Shown: piece after piece, positions 18,507-28,571 of the stretch
How positions within the stretch are numbered: position 1 is the first letter of the stretch
Layout of the letters: each line of letters opens with the position of its first letter
Origin: a virus
Taxonomy: Duplodnaviria; Caudoviricetes
Virus record (IMG/VR): IMGVR_UViG_3300033076_001439
Span: 1 to 61,801 of that record
Reading direction: 5' to 3' (one strand)
Length of the DNA: 61,801 nt
Program-made: the position numbers and the translations under genes
The notes under the pieces: model-generated
What the model saw: the letters and a program-made list of their open reading frames with translations, nothing else
Database searches by the model: none
What the model was told of the DNA's origin: nothing

Positions 18507-20832
18507 TTTGTGATCCTTGCTGTTGAATTTTCTGTCCTTCAAGCGCGAGCTTGGCCTGGTCGTAAGCCTGGTCGCCCTGCACACGTTGGCCTTCGATCTG
18601 GACGCGGGCCTGATCGACCTGGTTCTTGGCCTGGTCGGCAGCGGCATTTGCCTGGATTTCGGCTTCCTTGACCTTGACCAATGGATCGTCTGGTGGTGGG
18701 CCCATGAGGTCTGTCTGGAGCTTCTTGGCCTCCTGATAGTACTCGGCAGTCTTGATGGCGATCATCGCCTCGCGCTGCAAGGCAGAGACCATGCGATCGG
18801 GGTCCACGCCGTACTGCTGGAACAGCTCGGCCTCTGTGGCCTCTTCAGCTTTCAAGCGGATGTGCTCGAAGATGTGCTTTTGCAGCGTCACAGCCACTTG
18901 CGGCATGCCACCAATCATGGGCGACAAGCCAAACAGGATGTGGTTCATGATGTGGGCGTCGTGCTGCTGGCCAGCGAAGGCTTTGAGCGGCGAGCCGTCC
19001 AGAGCCTGCGAGTTTTCGCTTGCCGGGTCCTTGGGCTTGTCCACATTCTGTGTGTTCAAGATGCCGTCAATGTCACGCACGCCGATGGCCTGATACATGC
19101 GGCGGTAGGCCTCGTACATGTTGTGCATCTGCGGGTTGCTCTGCGCCAACTGGAGCTGTGTCTGCGCCATGGTGATGCGCTGGGCCACAGAGAAGATGTT
19201 GGGGTCAGAAACGGGCAGCACATCGATACGGTCATCGAAGTCTTTGCACTTGATGGTGCGGGTCTCGCCGGGGACGTCGTAGGGGTACTCGTCAGGCAGG
19301 TTCTCACCGAAGCCTTTGGCCAGCAGCGCAAACTCAGTCTTCTGCGCGTAGTGCAAACGCTTGTGGATCGCGGACATGACCTGGCCGCCTTTTTCCAGCA
19401 GCGCAATGGTGGTGCCCACGGCAGCATTCTGGTTGCTGTCGCCCACTTGCATGTCGGTGACGCTGGCCAAACGGCGGCCTGCATCGGCACAGAAACCGAG
19501 CAGCGCGAACAGAGTCTGGCTTGGCTCCTTGTAGGGCAGCGGCATGAGCGTCTGGCTCAACTCCACACCACCTGCATCGATGTCGCGGAACTCGCCTGGC
19601 TGCAGCGGCACATCGTCGTTCATGATGCGAGCGCCCTTGGCCTTGAAGCCTGCTGGCAGGTTGACCAGCGTGCCTGCATCGAGCAGTTGACGCAGCGCAG
19701 CGGTGGCTGCCTGGCTCAGGCCCCCCACCAGATGCAAGAAGCCCAAACCATATGCGCCCAAGCCCTGCACCAGCATGTAGTGCACGTAGTATTGCTTGCG
19801 GCGATACAGCTCGTCGCCCTCTTTCCAGTTGCGGCGCACGCCAACAACCGAAGCAGAGGTCTTGTCCACTGTGATGATGTAAGGTAGGCGCAAGCCGGTG
19901 GCCTCGCCGTCCTCATCCTTGTGCTCAAAGCCCTGCAAGTCCCAGTCAATCTGGAACTCCAACAATTCCATTTCCTCATCATCCGCGTTGGGCGAAACCT
20001 TGGTGACGCGGTCGGTTTCTTTCTGGATGATGTTGTTGCCCATGTCAGCAGTGCTGCGTTCCTGGGCGGTATCGAGGTACTGACCGCGCAGCACGGCCTT
20101 GCGGTAATCGTTGACGGACATTGGCACCACGTGCGTGATGCGAGGGCACTCGCTCATGACGGGCGAGCCGTTGTAGGGAATGTACAGGTTGTCCGGCAGG
20201 ATCAGCTTGCTGACCATGCGGCCCTTGTCCTCGTCGTAGTAGACCTTTTTGAATGCCGAGCCGCCGTAGCCTACGTAGAACAGGAGCTGATCGAAGTCAG
20301 GCGTGTACTCTTCCATCACCGTGGTGATTTGGTAGTTCATGAACTCGCGCACGCGGTCCGCTTGCATGAGTTTCTCGCGTGTTTCCTTGCCCAGCACTTG
20401 CGTGCGCACAGGACCGTCGGCAGGCATCAGTTCCTTGAGTGCCTGCGCCTGGAATTGCACGATGGCTTCGGTCAGCAATGGGTGCGTTGCGGCAGCCGCG
20501 CCCTTGAATGGCTTGGTACGCTCGTCAAACGTGAAGCCCAGCAGCTTCAGGCCCTTGCCGTACTGCTCTTCCCAGTCCTTGCGCGATGATTGGTCCGCCT
20601 CAAACAAAGGCATGAGCTCAGAGCTGATTTGGGCCAAGACGCCTGGATCGAGGACCTCGGCCAGGTTGGCATCAAACGGCACTTCGTCGTCTTCTTCCTC
20701 ACCCAGCGCTACTTCAACGCCCCCTTCAGGGTCGAATGTGATTTCGATGTCGGGCAGGTCCTCTGCCACAACATCCTCAACTTCAACATCCGTATTGCCC
20801 GCGGGCAGGTCGTTGTTTTTCTCGATTGGCAT
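18421..20832 (-). CDS. Portal protein (P22-like, with C-terminal coiled barrel)
   Basis: 803 aa; HPLLTEAIVQFQA, GSAFKKVYYD, YGLGFLHL, QPGEFRDID motifs. Confidence 0.88.
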   Translation of the reverse strand: MPIEKNNDLPAGNTDVEVEDVVAEDLPDIEITFDPEGGVEVALGEEEDDEVPFDANLAEVLDPGVLAQISSELMPLFEADQSSRKDWEEQYGKGLKLLGFTFDERTKPFKGAAAATHPLLTEAIVQFQAQALKELMPADGPVRTQVLGKETREKLMQADRVREFMNYQITTVMEEYTPDFDQLLFYVGYGGSAFKKVYYDEDKGRMVSKLILPDNLYIPYNGSPVMSECPRITHVVPMSVNDYRKAVLRGQYLDTAQERSTADMGNNIIQKETDRVTKVSPNADDEEMELLEFQIDWDLQGFEHKDEDGEATGLRLPYIITVDKTSASVVGVRRNWKEGDELYRRKQYYVHYMLVQGLGAYGLGFLHLVGGLSQAATAALRQLLDAGTLVNLPAGFKAKGARIMNDDVPLQPGEFRDIDAGGVELSQTLMPLPYKEPSQTLFALLGFCADAGRRLASVTDMQVGDSNQNAAVGTTIALLEKGGQVMSAIHKRLHYAQKTEFALLAKGFGENLPDEYPYDVPGETRTIKCKDFDDRIDVLPVSDPNIFSVAQRITMAQTQLQLAQSNPQMHNMYEAYRRMYQAIGVRDIDGILNTQNVDKPKDPASENSQALDGSPLKAFAGQQHDAHIMNHILFGLSPMIGGMPQVAVTLQKHIFEHIRLKAEEATEAELFQQYGVDPDRMVSALQREAMIAIKTAEYYQEAKKLQTDLMGPPPDDPLVKVKEAEIQANAAADQAKNQVDQARVQIEGQRVQGDQAYDQAKLALEGQKIQQQGSQNAAQNSQARENAQLQAFTRSQKGGNTNR

Positions 20833-20841
20833 CTTGTTTCC

Positions 20842-23800
20842 TTACAGGTATTTGCGGTGATCAGCCGTCTGGCGCTCAACAGCGCCGCCATCCTTGAATG
20901 GTACGCCCTTTTTCTGGATTCGGGCAGCGGCTTCGGGGCCCCAGACGATGGCCTTGTGCATAAGCTGCTTGCCATCGGGATCACGCAGCGTCACGTCACG
21001 CAGCTCGAATCCCGGACCAAGGTCCTTAACCACGGACTTCAGGTTAGGCCCGAGCTTCTCGTACAACTGTGCTTGCGCAGACTCTGCGCCCGGGAAAGCC
21101 ACAAACTGTTTGCCCATTTGCATCGCACCGCTGACCGCGTTCTTGACCATGAGCTGCTGCACAACCTGTGGCGATGTCTCCATGCCTGCAAAAGATTCGG
21201 GGAGTTGGTACATGCCCGCCTCTCCACGCTCGGCTTTGAGTATGCGACCCATCACGGTAGCGGCTTTCTTTTCCGCCATCTTGGCTTCTCTGCGAAGCCG
21301 GTCGGCCTCGCCCAACTGGTTTGCTTCCTGTGCCAAAACCCGCTGCTGCTCCAGCCTATTGCGCTCACGGCGGTACTGGGCAACCAGTGCCTCGTCTTTT
21401 TGTGTAGAGCCGCCTTTGGTCCCCTGCTTGCGCAAATCATCCAGCAAGTCGGATTGGAGCTCGTTGACGTAAATGCCCTCGGCCTTGCCAATTCCTGGAA
21501 TCTCGGTGGTGTGCTCGGAGAAACGGCTGAATGCAATCGGGCTTGGTGGATTATTCAAGGAAGGATGTTGGCCCTCGTATTTCGCAAGTTCACGGGTATC
21601 GTCCCCGAACATTCGGCGTGCTTCAGTGGCTTCTTTTTTGACTTCCTTCAAAACCTCTCTATTGGCTGCTCGTGCATCGTCAAACCCTACTCTGATTGCC
21701 TTCAACAACTCAGGATTGTTGCTTATGTGAAGCGCAGCATCCTTGACTGCTGTGAAATCCGGGAGGTTTATGGGGGCCGCACCGTTTGCTGCCAGCCATT
21801 GGTTCCCTTTTTGAGCGTAATCTCTTACGGCCATGCCCGTTGCAAGACTCTGGACATCCGAATCATAAAAACCCTTGCCTTGGGCCTCGGACAGTTGCTT
21901 TGCATAATTATTCACCGTCGGCCAGAAATCTGCGTTTAGCGCCGGGTACATGATGTTGGACTTGGCCGCTTCCCATGCCTGATCAAATTCAGCTACTTTA
22001 CGGAACCCCTGAGCAACTTCGGCCATCTTTGCCGCAGTGGCATCAGACAAGGGAACGCCCGGGTTCTGCAAAAAATTGAACAGATCATCAGCGATCTTTG
22101 GATCAGCCGCCGATATGGGGCCGCTCGTGCCAATTCGGCTGAGCGCAAGGCCTGCTTCCTTGATGCGCTCTTGCGATGCTGCCGCTCCTGGGGGCAATTC
22201 TTCAGACAAGTGGATCACGCCCAACGGCTGGCCGTCACTTGACGAGCCGATGTACGGATTGTCCATAGACTGGTAAAACTCGCCTGGTTTTCCTGGCGGA
22301 ATGACAGTTGTCTTGAACTGGCTGGGGTCGTATTGCGTCTTGATCCGGTTAAGCAAGTCAACAGGGTTCAACTTGGCGTTACCAGGCAGGTCCGCGAGCG
22401 TCGATTCAGCGCGAGCAATGTCGTAATCGCGCATCTTGCCCTTGAGCATGCCCAAAAACTGATCTTTTTGCACTGGCCCCTGCAGATTGGCCACCATTTC
22501 GTCCAAACGTCCGACAAAAGGGGCTTCTGCTGATGGGGTAGCTGAAAAAATAGGCTCGGAAACCTTTCCCGGCACCTTGATCGCGCCTAATTGGCTTGCA
22601 GCACTGGTCCCACCGCCCGAACTTGGGGCAAGACGGGCTGCTTTCATCGCTCCGCTTACGAGAGGAGCGACTTGGAGCGCGGTTCCCGCGCCAAAACCGG
22701 CCTGACCGGCTGTTGTGATGCCGGAAATGTCGGGATGCAGAGCAGAAAATCCCTGTTCATCGGGCGGAGTGCCCAAAAAACCGCTTACCGCCGCGTATGT
22801 ACGGGGATCGGGGAGCGTATTGACGTCCCGCATGGCCGCCAGTTTCCTGGCGGCCTCCCCTTGGCGTGCAATTTTGGGGTTGACAGTGGCCGGACGGCTG
22901 GCTGCGGCGATTTCTTCAGGGGTTGGCTCGGCTGATCCGCCGTCTGCACGGCGAACCGGCTTGCCTTTCCAGGCTTTTCCTTCGGTTTTCTCGCCTTGGG
23001 CCTGCTCCGCCATCTGCTGGACCAGGTCTTCCAGGTCTTTTTGGCTCTTGGAGCGGCGGGCCAGTTCAATTCCGACACGGTTGTTGTGCAAATCCTGCTC
23101 GTAATCGATCGGCATCTGCGAAATACCCAGCTTGGAGCCAATCCACTTGCCAGGAGAGGTGGTAATTTCATGCAAATTGCCCAGCATCTCGGCAGCGTTC
23201 GGGCCATATTTGCGAGCCAGAGTGCCTGCAGCCAGCATGTGCCGCGCAGCGTCTTGCTGATCGAACTGACCTTGCTGGCCGGGGTACATATCACGGGCCA
23301 CGGCCCGGGAATAAGGCGACACGGACAGCAGCCCAGGCTCTTCCACTTCCCCACCGTCCGCGAATCGGGGGTTGGACGCCTGCTGGATGATCCAGCGGTT
23401 CTGCTCTTCCGGGGTCAGGCCGACAGGGGGCAGGAAATAGTTGGGGCGGTTGTAGCCTTCTGGAATGGTAGGAACAACAACGGGAGGCGCAACAGGGGTG
23501 GCCGGAGCTGGGGCGGCTGCTGCCGCTGCGGCTGCCTGGCGTGCCTTGAACCTGTTCATGGACTCAAAAGGCCGTTTGAATGGGGGGTTAGACACGGGCG
23601 TGGCCGTACCGGGGATTTCCGTTCCCTCCACTTCACCGCCATCCGCGAACCGGGGCTTGGACGATTGCTCCATGATCCAGCGGTTATGTTCCTCTGGGGT
23701 CAAACCAGCAGGGGGTAGGAAATAGTTGGGGCGATCGTAACCAGCCGGTGGGCCCGCAGGCACAACTGGCGCTGCGACAGGAGCCGCAACAGGAGTTGTA

Positions 23801-25215
23801 GGTTTTGCTGCTGTGGGGGTTGCCGCTGCAGAAGAAACAAGGGGTAGCCCAAAGGCCGAGAGCTTACGAAGAAAAGTGGAAACGGGAGGAGCAGGCTCCG
23901 GCTCTGGGGCAGGAGCAGGCGTCATCGGCATGCCTAGACCCGCAAGTCTACGAAGAAACCCAGAAACGGGGGGAGCAGGCTCAGGCTCTGGAGCGGGAGG
24001 CGGAACCACGGGCATCCCTAGGCGAGCAAGGATGCGGGAAAATGGGGAAGACGATACTTCACCACCTTCTGCAAAGAAGCTGTTGATCGACAGACCGTAC
24101 TGCTCTGGGTTGGCCATGACCTGGAAAGCCAAGTTGCGATTGTTGAGGTCTTTTTTGGCGGCCAAGCCCTTGGCTTGGTACTGCTCAGGCGTCACGCTCG
24201 GGGCAGTGGGCATGGGCGTAGTGAAGTCCGCGGACCGCGGACCGGCGTTATAGGCTTCCGCTGCTTTGTTGTACGCAGTGATCTGGTTGTTGTAGGCATC
24301 GTATTGAGCCTTGATCGCATCCAGCTCCCGCTTGGCAGAGGGGCGGACCATGGCTGTGGGGGTGAACGGTAAACCGCCGCCCGCCAGATGAGCCACTTCG
24401 CCACCGCTTGCCAGAGCCTGAGGCTGCTGAACAGGGGCAGAAGCAAAGGGGGATTTGATGGTAATGTTTCCAACATCGGCCAAGGCGGTGGAAGGAGCAG
24501 GCTGCTCAGCCAGCCACTTCTCCGCGACGCCCGGTTCGCGGTCCACGTCCCGGTCTTCCTTCTCATCCGTATCGGCCAGAAACGACAGAGCCAGCGCCGC
24601 CTGGTAGCCCGCACCGAGGCCCGCTACTTTGTCCGGTGTCGGAGCCTGCGCCGACATGCCCGAGCGCAGGGCCGGTTCCATCATTTTCTCAGCAGGGGTC
24701 TGGCCGGGTGTTTCACGTGAAACAGTGGGGGCCGCCTTGGCTGCCGGAGCGCCACCCATCTTCTTTTCGAGACTGGCCATGACCTGGTCAGTGGTCTTGC
24801 CCTTCAAGTTGGGGTTGGCCTTGATCACCTGCTCAGAGAAAATTTTCTCCATGGGTGTTCCGGGTTCCGCGGACAGGAAACCCTTGACGCCCGAAGGGCC
24901 GAAATAGTGGGCTGCGTAAATTTCCGCGGGCCGGGGATCGCGGTTCAAGAAGCTCTTGAGCGTTTGCGTGTTTTTGGCAATGACGTCCGTGCCCACACGG
25001 ATGTTCTCATCAGGATCAAACTTCTTGCCCGGCGCACCGCCAAACTCTTTCCACGTCTTGTCGACCACCTGGAACAGGCCGCCCGCACTGGAAGTGCCTG
25101 CCTTGGCAGAAGGCGTCATTTCACTTTCCGCACGCGCAATGCGCAAAGCAACATCAGGATCAATACCCTTGGCCTGGGCCGCAGCGCGAATTTTGTCAGT
25201 GAGTTCTTGGGCCAT
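20842..25215 (-). CDS. Large modular virion protein: N-terminal lytic transglycosylase, GG-motif-bounded modules, C-terminal ExQSD domain
   Basis: IARAES...AGGLFQ...Y.AHYFG SLT motifs; repeated FADGGEV; DAARH...HE...DLHNN module; VNELQSD. Confidence 0.8.
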   Translation of the reverse strand: MAQELTDKIRAAAQAKGIDPDVALRIARAESEMTPSAKAGTSSAGGLFQVVDKTWKEFGGAPGKKFDPDENIRVGTDVIAKNTQTLKSFLNRDPRPAEIYAAHYFGPSGVKGFLSAEPGTPMEKIFSEQVIKANPNLKGKTTDQVMASLEKKMGGAPAAKAAPTVSRETPGQTPAEKMMEPALRSGMSAQAPTPDKVAGLGAGYQAALALSFLADTDEKEDRDVDREPGVAEKWLAEQPAPSTALADVGNITIKSPFASAPVQQPQALASGGEVAHLAGGGLPFTPTAMVRPSAKRELDAIKAQYDAYNNQITAYNKAAEAYNAGPRSADFTTPMPTAPSVTPEQYQAKGLAAKKDLNNRNLAFQVMANPEQYGLSINSFFAEGGEVSSSPFSRILARLGMPVVPPPAPEPEPAPPVSGFLRRLAGLGMPMTPAPAPEPEPAPPVSTFLRKLSAFGLPLVSSAAATPTAAKPTTPVAAPVAAPVVPAGPPAGYDRPNYFLPPAGLTPEEHNRWIMEQSSKPRFADGGEVEGTEIPGTATPVSNPPFKRPFESMNRFKARQAAAAAAAAPAPATPVAPPVVVPTIPEGYNRPNYFLPPVGLTPEEQNRWIIQQASNPRFADGGEVEEPGLLSVSPYSRAVARDMYPGQQGQFDQQDAARHMLAAGTLARKYGPNAAEMLGNLHEITTSPGKWIGSKLGISQMPIDYEQDLHNNRVGIELARRSKSQKDLEDLVQQMAEQAQGEKTEGKAWKGKPVRRADGGSAEPTPEEIAAASRPATVNPKIARQGEAARKLAAMRDVNTLPDPRTYAAVSGFLGTPPDEQGFSALHPDISGITTAGQAGFGAGTALQVAPLVSGAMKAARLAPSSGGGTSAASQLGAIKVPGKVSEPIFSATPSAEAPFVGRLDEMVANLQGPVQKDQFLGMLKGKMRDYDIARAESTLADLPGNAKLNPVDLLNRIKTQYDPSQFKTTVIPPGKPGEFYQSMDNPYIGSSSDGQPLGVIHLSEELPPGAAASQERIKEAGLALSRIGTSGPISAADPKIADDLFNFLQNPGVPLSDATAAKMAEVAQGFRKVAEFDQAWEAAKSNIMYPALNADFWPTVNNYAKQLSEAQGKGFYDSDVQSLATGMAVRDYAQKGNQWLAANGAAPINLPDFTAVKDAALHISNNPELLKAIRVGFDDARAANREVLKEVKKEATEARRMFGDDTRELAKYEGQHPSLNNPPSPIAFSRFSEHTTEIPGIGKAEGIYVNELQSDLLDDLRKQGTKGGSTQKDEALVAQYRRERNRLEQQRVLAQEANQLGEADRLRREAKMAEKKAATVMGRILKAERGEAGMYQLPESFAGMETSPQVVQQLMVKNAVSGAMQMGKQFVAFPGAESAQAQLYEKLGPNLKSVVKDLGPGFELRDVTLRDPDGKQLMHKAIVWGPEAAARIQKKGVPFKDGGAVERQTADHRKYL
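23341..23760 (-). repeat. Duplicated ~41-aa module (GY.RPNYFLPP.GLTPEE.NRWI..Q.S.PRFADGGEVE)
   Basis: Two copies at about 23341-23465 and 23626-23750. Confidence 0.85.
23840..24045 (-). repeat. Three-fold Pro-rich repeat (F.R.L..LG.P...PAPEPEPAPPVS)
   Basis: Direct reading of the translation. Confidence 0.8.
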
Positions 25216-25259
25216 GGTCCGCGGTCCTTGAAAAGAGATGGGCCATTTTAGTCCTGCTC

Positions 25260-26726
25260 TCAGTAATACTCAACATCCCCCGTCGTGGGCTCCGACTCCT
25301 CGTTGTCGTCCGTGTCCAGAGCAATGAAGTTGCCCTGACGGAATCGCTGCAGCGCCATGGTCGTCACGTCCACTTGGTCATCGTTGTTGCCGTTGGGAAA
25401 CGCAGCGCACTCCTCCACCAACTCCTCACAGCACTCCAAGCCCTCAGGGTACCAAACCATGCCCGATTCGAGCATCGGGGCCACAGCGTTGGCGCGGCTG
25501 AGCTTGTCCTGATTCTGCCGTCGTCCACCTGGCGAGAACATCGTGACGGGGACCCCGATCCGGCGAAGTTCTTGCTGCAGTGGCGTGCCGGTGGCCTTGG
25601 CTTCGATCAGGACGTTGTCTGGCTTCCAATACAGGTACTCGTCTTTGGCCACCCGTTTGAGCTCAGGGAAATCCCAGCGGCCTTTGCGCACGTTCAGGAG
25701 AATGAGATTGGGCCCCGAATCGTGGTCCGGGGTGAACACGCCCCAGGTCGCGATGACAGAGAAGTCCGCCGTTTCCTTCTTGCTGTAAGCGGTGTCCATG
25801 GTCTGCAGAATGTAGTCACAGAACGGCGGATCGTCGTGCGTCCACTTGCGCCACCAGTTCCGTTTGAGAACAGCGCCTTCGTCGTTCGTGGGCTGCTGCT
25901 GCCACTGGGCGTTCCACTTCTTCAGCCCAATGGAAAACTTGACTTTCTCCAATTCCTCGATCGGCCAATACTCTGGCCAAAGCGGATTGCCAGACGGCAA
26001 GATAGCCGGGAACTCCAGAACCTCCCATTGGTCGGCCTTGAGCTGAGATTGCGCCTTGATGAAGCGACCAGCAGGATCGTCTGTCTTCCATCGGGTGTTG
26101 ATCAAAATCATCGCGCCGCCTGGCTGTAGACGCTGACGTGGACCAGATGTAATCCACTCCCACGTGTTCTCCATCGCCGTCTCGGACAGGGCATCCTGTT
26201 CGTCCAAGATGTCATCCAAAATGATGATGTCACCGCCGCGCCCGGTCATGGCACCGCCCTTACCAATGAAGAAGGCTTCGCCGCCCTGGCTCGTGTTCCA
26301 CCGACCAGCCGCCTTGGAATCCGCGGACAAAGTCATGCCGGGGAAAAGTTCCTTGTACCGGTCTTCGTCTACAAGGTTTCGGATCATCCGGCCAAAACGC
26401 TGAGCAAGTTCCGCGGTGTGCGATCCCACAATCAGCTTGGCATCCGGGCGCTTGCCCATCAGGTATGCCGGGAACAAGTAGCTCCCGAGCTGGGACTTGC
26501 CGTGCCGCGGGGGCATGGCCACGATCAGGCGCTTGCATTCGCCAGAGATGACTCGGTCCAAAGCCTTGGCAATGATTTTGTGGTGCTCTCCGATCAACAT
26601 CTCAGGCCACACGTATTTTGCAAAATCAATGAAGCTGCTCGTTGCGCGGTCATGCATTTCAAGCATCTGCAGCCGAAGCTCCAGACGAAGCATTTCCTCT
26701 TGTGCGTCTTTTGGGGCATCAATCAT
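25260..26726 (-). CDS. terL: Terminase large subunit
   Basis: MPPRHGKS Walker A, ILDD Walker B, FPNGNNDDQVD nuclease motif; ATG at 26726 overlaps the last codons of the HNH gene. Confidence 0.93.
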   Translation of the reverse strand: MIDAPKDAQEEMLRLELRLQMLEMHDRATSSFIDFAKYVWPEMLIGEHHKIIAKALDRVISGECKRLIVAMPPRHGKSQLGSYLFPAYLMGKRPDAKLIVGSHTAELAQRFGRMIRNLVDEDRYKELFPGMTLSADSKAAGRWNTSQGGEAFFIGKGGAMTGRGGDIIILDDILDEQDALSETAMENTWEWITSGPRQRLQPGGAMILINTRWKTDDPAGRFIKAQSQLKADQWEVLEFPAILPSGNPLWPEYWPIEELEKVKFSIGLKKWNAQWQQQPTNDEGAVLKRNWWRKWTHDDPPFCDYILQTMDTAYSKKETADFSVIATWGVFTPDHDSGPNLILLNVRKGRWDFPELKRVAKDEYLYWKPDNVLIEAKATGTPLQQELRRIGVPVTMFSPGGRRQNQDKLSRANAVAPMLESGMVWYPEGLECCEELVEECAAFPNGNNDDQVDVTTMALQRFRQGNFIALDTDDNEESEPTTGDVEYY

Positions 26727-27213
26727 GGCGAGCAAATTCTCCGTGGTGTTTAGTTCGGGCTGCCTGGACCGCGGAGCGGGCCTCGTCCAGAGTCTTGAAA
26801 TATCCGAATGAGAGGCGCTGGCCATTTACCCGCATGCGCACTCGGTATCGTTCCTTGGACTTTTCCCATACTACGCCTTTTACCCTTGTTTGACCATTGC
26901 GGGATTTGGCATTCCACATGTTCTCGGCATGGCTGCTTTCCCTTAAATTTTCAATTCGATTGTCCGCTCTGTCTCCGTTGATATGGTCAAGTCGCGTGGG
27001 CCACTCTCCACGGTTTAGGGCCCACACAATCCAATGTGCTGGGTATTTTTTTCCTAAGAGTTTTACGACAAGGTAGCCGTCCAATGTTTTTGTTCCCGCA
27101 ACAGTGCCTTCTATGGCTTTGTGAGAGAGGGTTATTTTTCGGTACAGCACGCCGTTCTCTTCTCTAAAAAACGTCCTAAGCGCTTCGCATTTGATATTTT
27201 CCATGGAGGGCAT
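26719..27213 (-). CDS. HNH-AP2 homing endonuclease (free-standing)
   Basis: DHINGDRADNRIENLR followed by an AP2-like KGVVWEK...GYFKTLDEA domain. Confidence 0.9.
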   Translation of the reverse strand: MPSMENIKCEALRTFFREENGVLYRKITLSHKAIEGTVAGTKTLDGYLVVKLLGKKYPAHWIVWALNRGEWPTRLDHINGDRADNRIENLRESSHAENMWNAKSRNGQTRVKGVVWEKSKERYRVRMRVNGQRLSFGYFKTLDEARSAVQAARTKHHGEFARHD

Positions 27214-27529
27214 TATGCCATAAAAAGCCTTGGCCCTCCCTATGCTTTAAATTTTTCATAAATTCTGTGGCGAAGTTGCTTACAAAAACAAGGGGCTTGT
27301 TTATGGGGTGGGGGTCAAGTTTTCTTGGACGAATTCTGGGGCAGAAATCGGGACAGGCCTGTTCTCTATTCATGTGGGTCTATTTATGGCCCCTCCCCCT
27401 GTCTGTAAGTCATAGCTATACGTACGCGTAGAGGTATGCGGGCCCACCCACCCCCGCCACCACCATTAGAGGGAAAAGATTCGGGAAAATCGGTTGTCGC
27501 GTGCGCGACAACCGAACGGGCTGCGGTGT

Positions 27530-27551
27530 GATAGGGGCCTAGGCCCCTATC
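27530..27551 (-). terminator. Hairpin just after the last leftward early gene
   Basis: GATAGGGGCC-TA-GGCCCCTATC perfect inverted repeat; no clear U-tract. Confidence 0.5.
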
Positions 27552-27553
27552 AG

Positions 27554-27832
27554 TTAGGCTGTCGCCTCGGTGTCACGCTTGGCGCGGTAGCGTGCATAAC
27601 TCTCTTCGTGCTGCTTCTTGGCTGCTACACGGTCCACCAGTTGGACCGTGTCCACTCGCACCTCGTTGCCCTGACTGGCCAGATGCAGCATGTAGTCGCT
27701 GGTGTCATAGTCATACTCGCTGCTGACTGGTGTCAGTGTCACCAGAAAACCTGCCAGTGCCTGGACATCTTTAGCGCTCATGCCCTCAGGCAGTGCGAAG
27801 CGTGAACCGTTGATGCTGATTATTTTGGTCAT
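27554..27832 (-). CDS. Hypothetical early protein
   Basis: Own promoter and GAAAGGATA leader. Confidence 0.75.
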   Translation of the reverse strand: MTKIISINGSRFALPEGMSAKDVQALAGFLVTLTPVSSEYDYDTSDYMLHLASQGNEVRVDTVQLVDRVAAKKQHEESYARYRAKRDTEATA

Positions 27833-27913
27833 GATCTTTATCCTTTCTAGGTTGTACTGGGGCGGCTGCCCCAGTGCTACTATTATATCACAGCATTCGG
27901 GCCCCGTGTCAAT
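27833..27913 (-). promoter_or_regulatory. Sigma70-type promoter plus hairpin leader (cassette 1)
   Basis: TTGACA-19nt-TATAAT with TGn extension, ACTGGGGC/GCCCCAGT hairpin, GAAAGGATA. Confidence 0.75.
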
Positions 27914-28107
27914 TTATCCACTAGGTCTTGGCCCCCGTTCTTTCCTATCCATCCCCGGCCTATCCATCCCCAATCTGTTTTCTCTGCCGTGATTTGGTTC
28001 TCTCCCCACGTCAGTTGGACCCAAGTATCCCCGGCTTTTGCGGCCTTGATAATCGCAGCACGCAGCGTGGTCACGCTGGGTTTGTTGGTGTATTCAATGG
28101 CTTTCAT
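27883..28107 (-). CDS. Hypothetical early protein
   Basis: MKAIEYTNKP..., GAGG SD, ATGA overlap with upstream stop. Confidence 0.65.
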   Translation of the reverse strand: MKAIEYTNKPSVTTLRAAIIKAAKAGDTWVQLTWGENQITAEKTDWGWIGRGWIGKNGGQDLVDKLTRGPNAVI

Positions 28108-28487
28108 GCTGTCACCTCTTCGAGTGTCCAGGCGGCTGCCCGATACCCGGGAAGAGCATAGATAGCCGTGCGGCGTATCTGATCCACGGCACGCTGGGCA
28201 AGACTGCCCGGGTAGTCCGTCCAGTCGCTGCACTGATAGTCGAGACAGTCGCACGCCTTGAGCACCTGAGCGGTGCTCAAGGCGGCTGCCTCGGGCCGGT
28301 GGGTGTAGCGGTACTCTTCGCCCACGTTCTCCCCGTACCGCTCACGGTACGCGGCGCAGTTCGCCCGGTGCAGCTCCGCGGCCACGCCCCGCGGATCAAG
28401 AGCCCCGGCCCATGGCCCGGCATCATTTGCCACGGCCCACGACACCAGCGCATCAATATGGAAGTCAGGAACAACAAAGCAGCTCAT
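28104..28487 (-). CDS. Hypothetical early protein (CLDYQCS motif)
   Basis: 127 aa preceded by a leader cassette. Confidence 0.75.
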   Translation of the reverse strand: MSCFVVPDFHIDALVSWAVANDAGPWAGALDPRGVAAELHRANCAAYRERYGENVGEEYRYTHRPEAAALSTAQVLKACDCLDYQCSDWTDYPGSLAQRAVDQIRRTAIYALPGYRAAAWTLEEVTA

Positions 28488-28550
28488 TTTCTCTATCCTT
28501 TCAGGTTACCCGGTGCGGGGACCCCCGCACCAGTGCCGCTATTATAGCAC
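28488..28550 (-). promoter_or_regulatory. Extended -10 promoter plus hairpin leader (cassette 2)
   Basis: TGCTATAAT, GGTGCGGG/CCCGCACC hairpin, GAAAGGATAG. Confidence 0.75.
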
Positions 28551-28571
28551 GGCCACCACGCACCGCGGCTA

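Noticed and set aside
26727-26825. N-terminal extension of terL in the ORF track
   Set aside because: It overlaps the HNH gene in another frame; ATG 26726, coupled to the HNH end, is more plausible.
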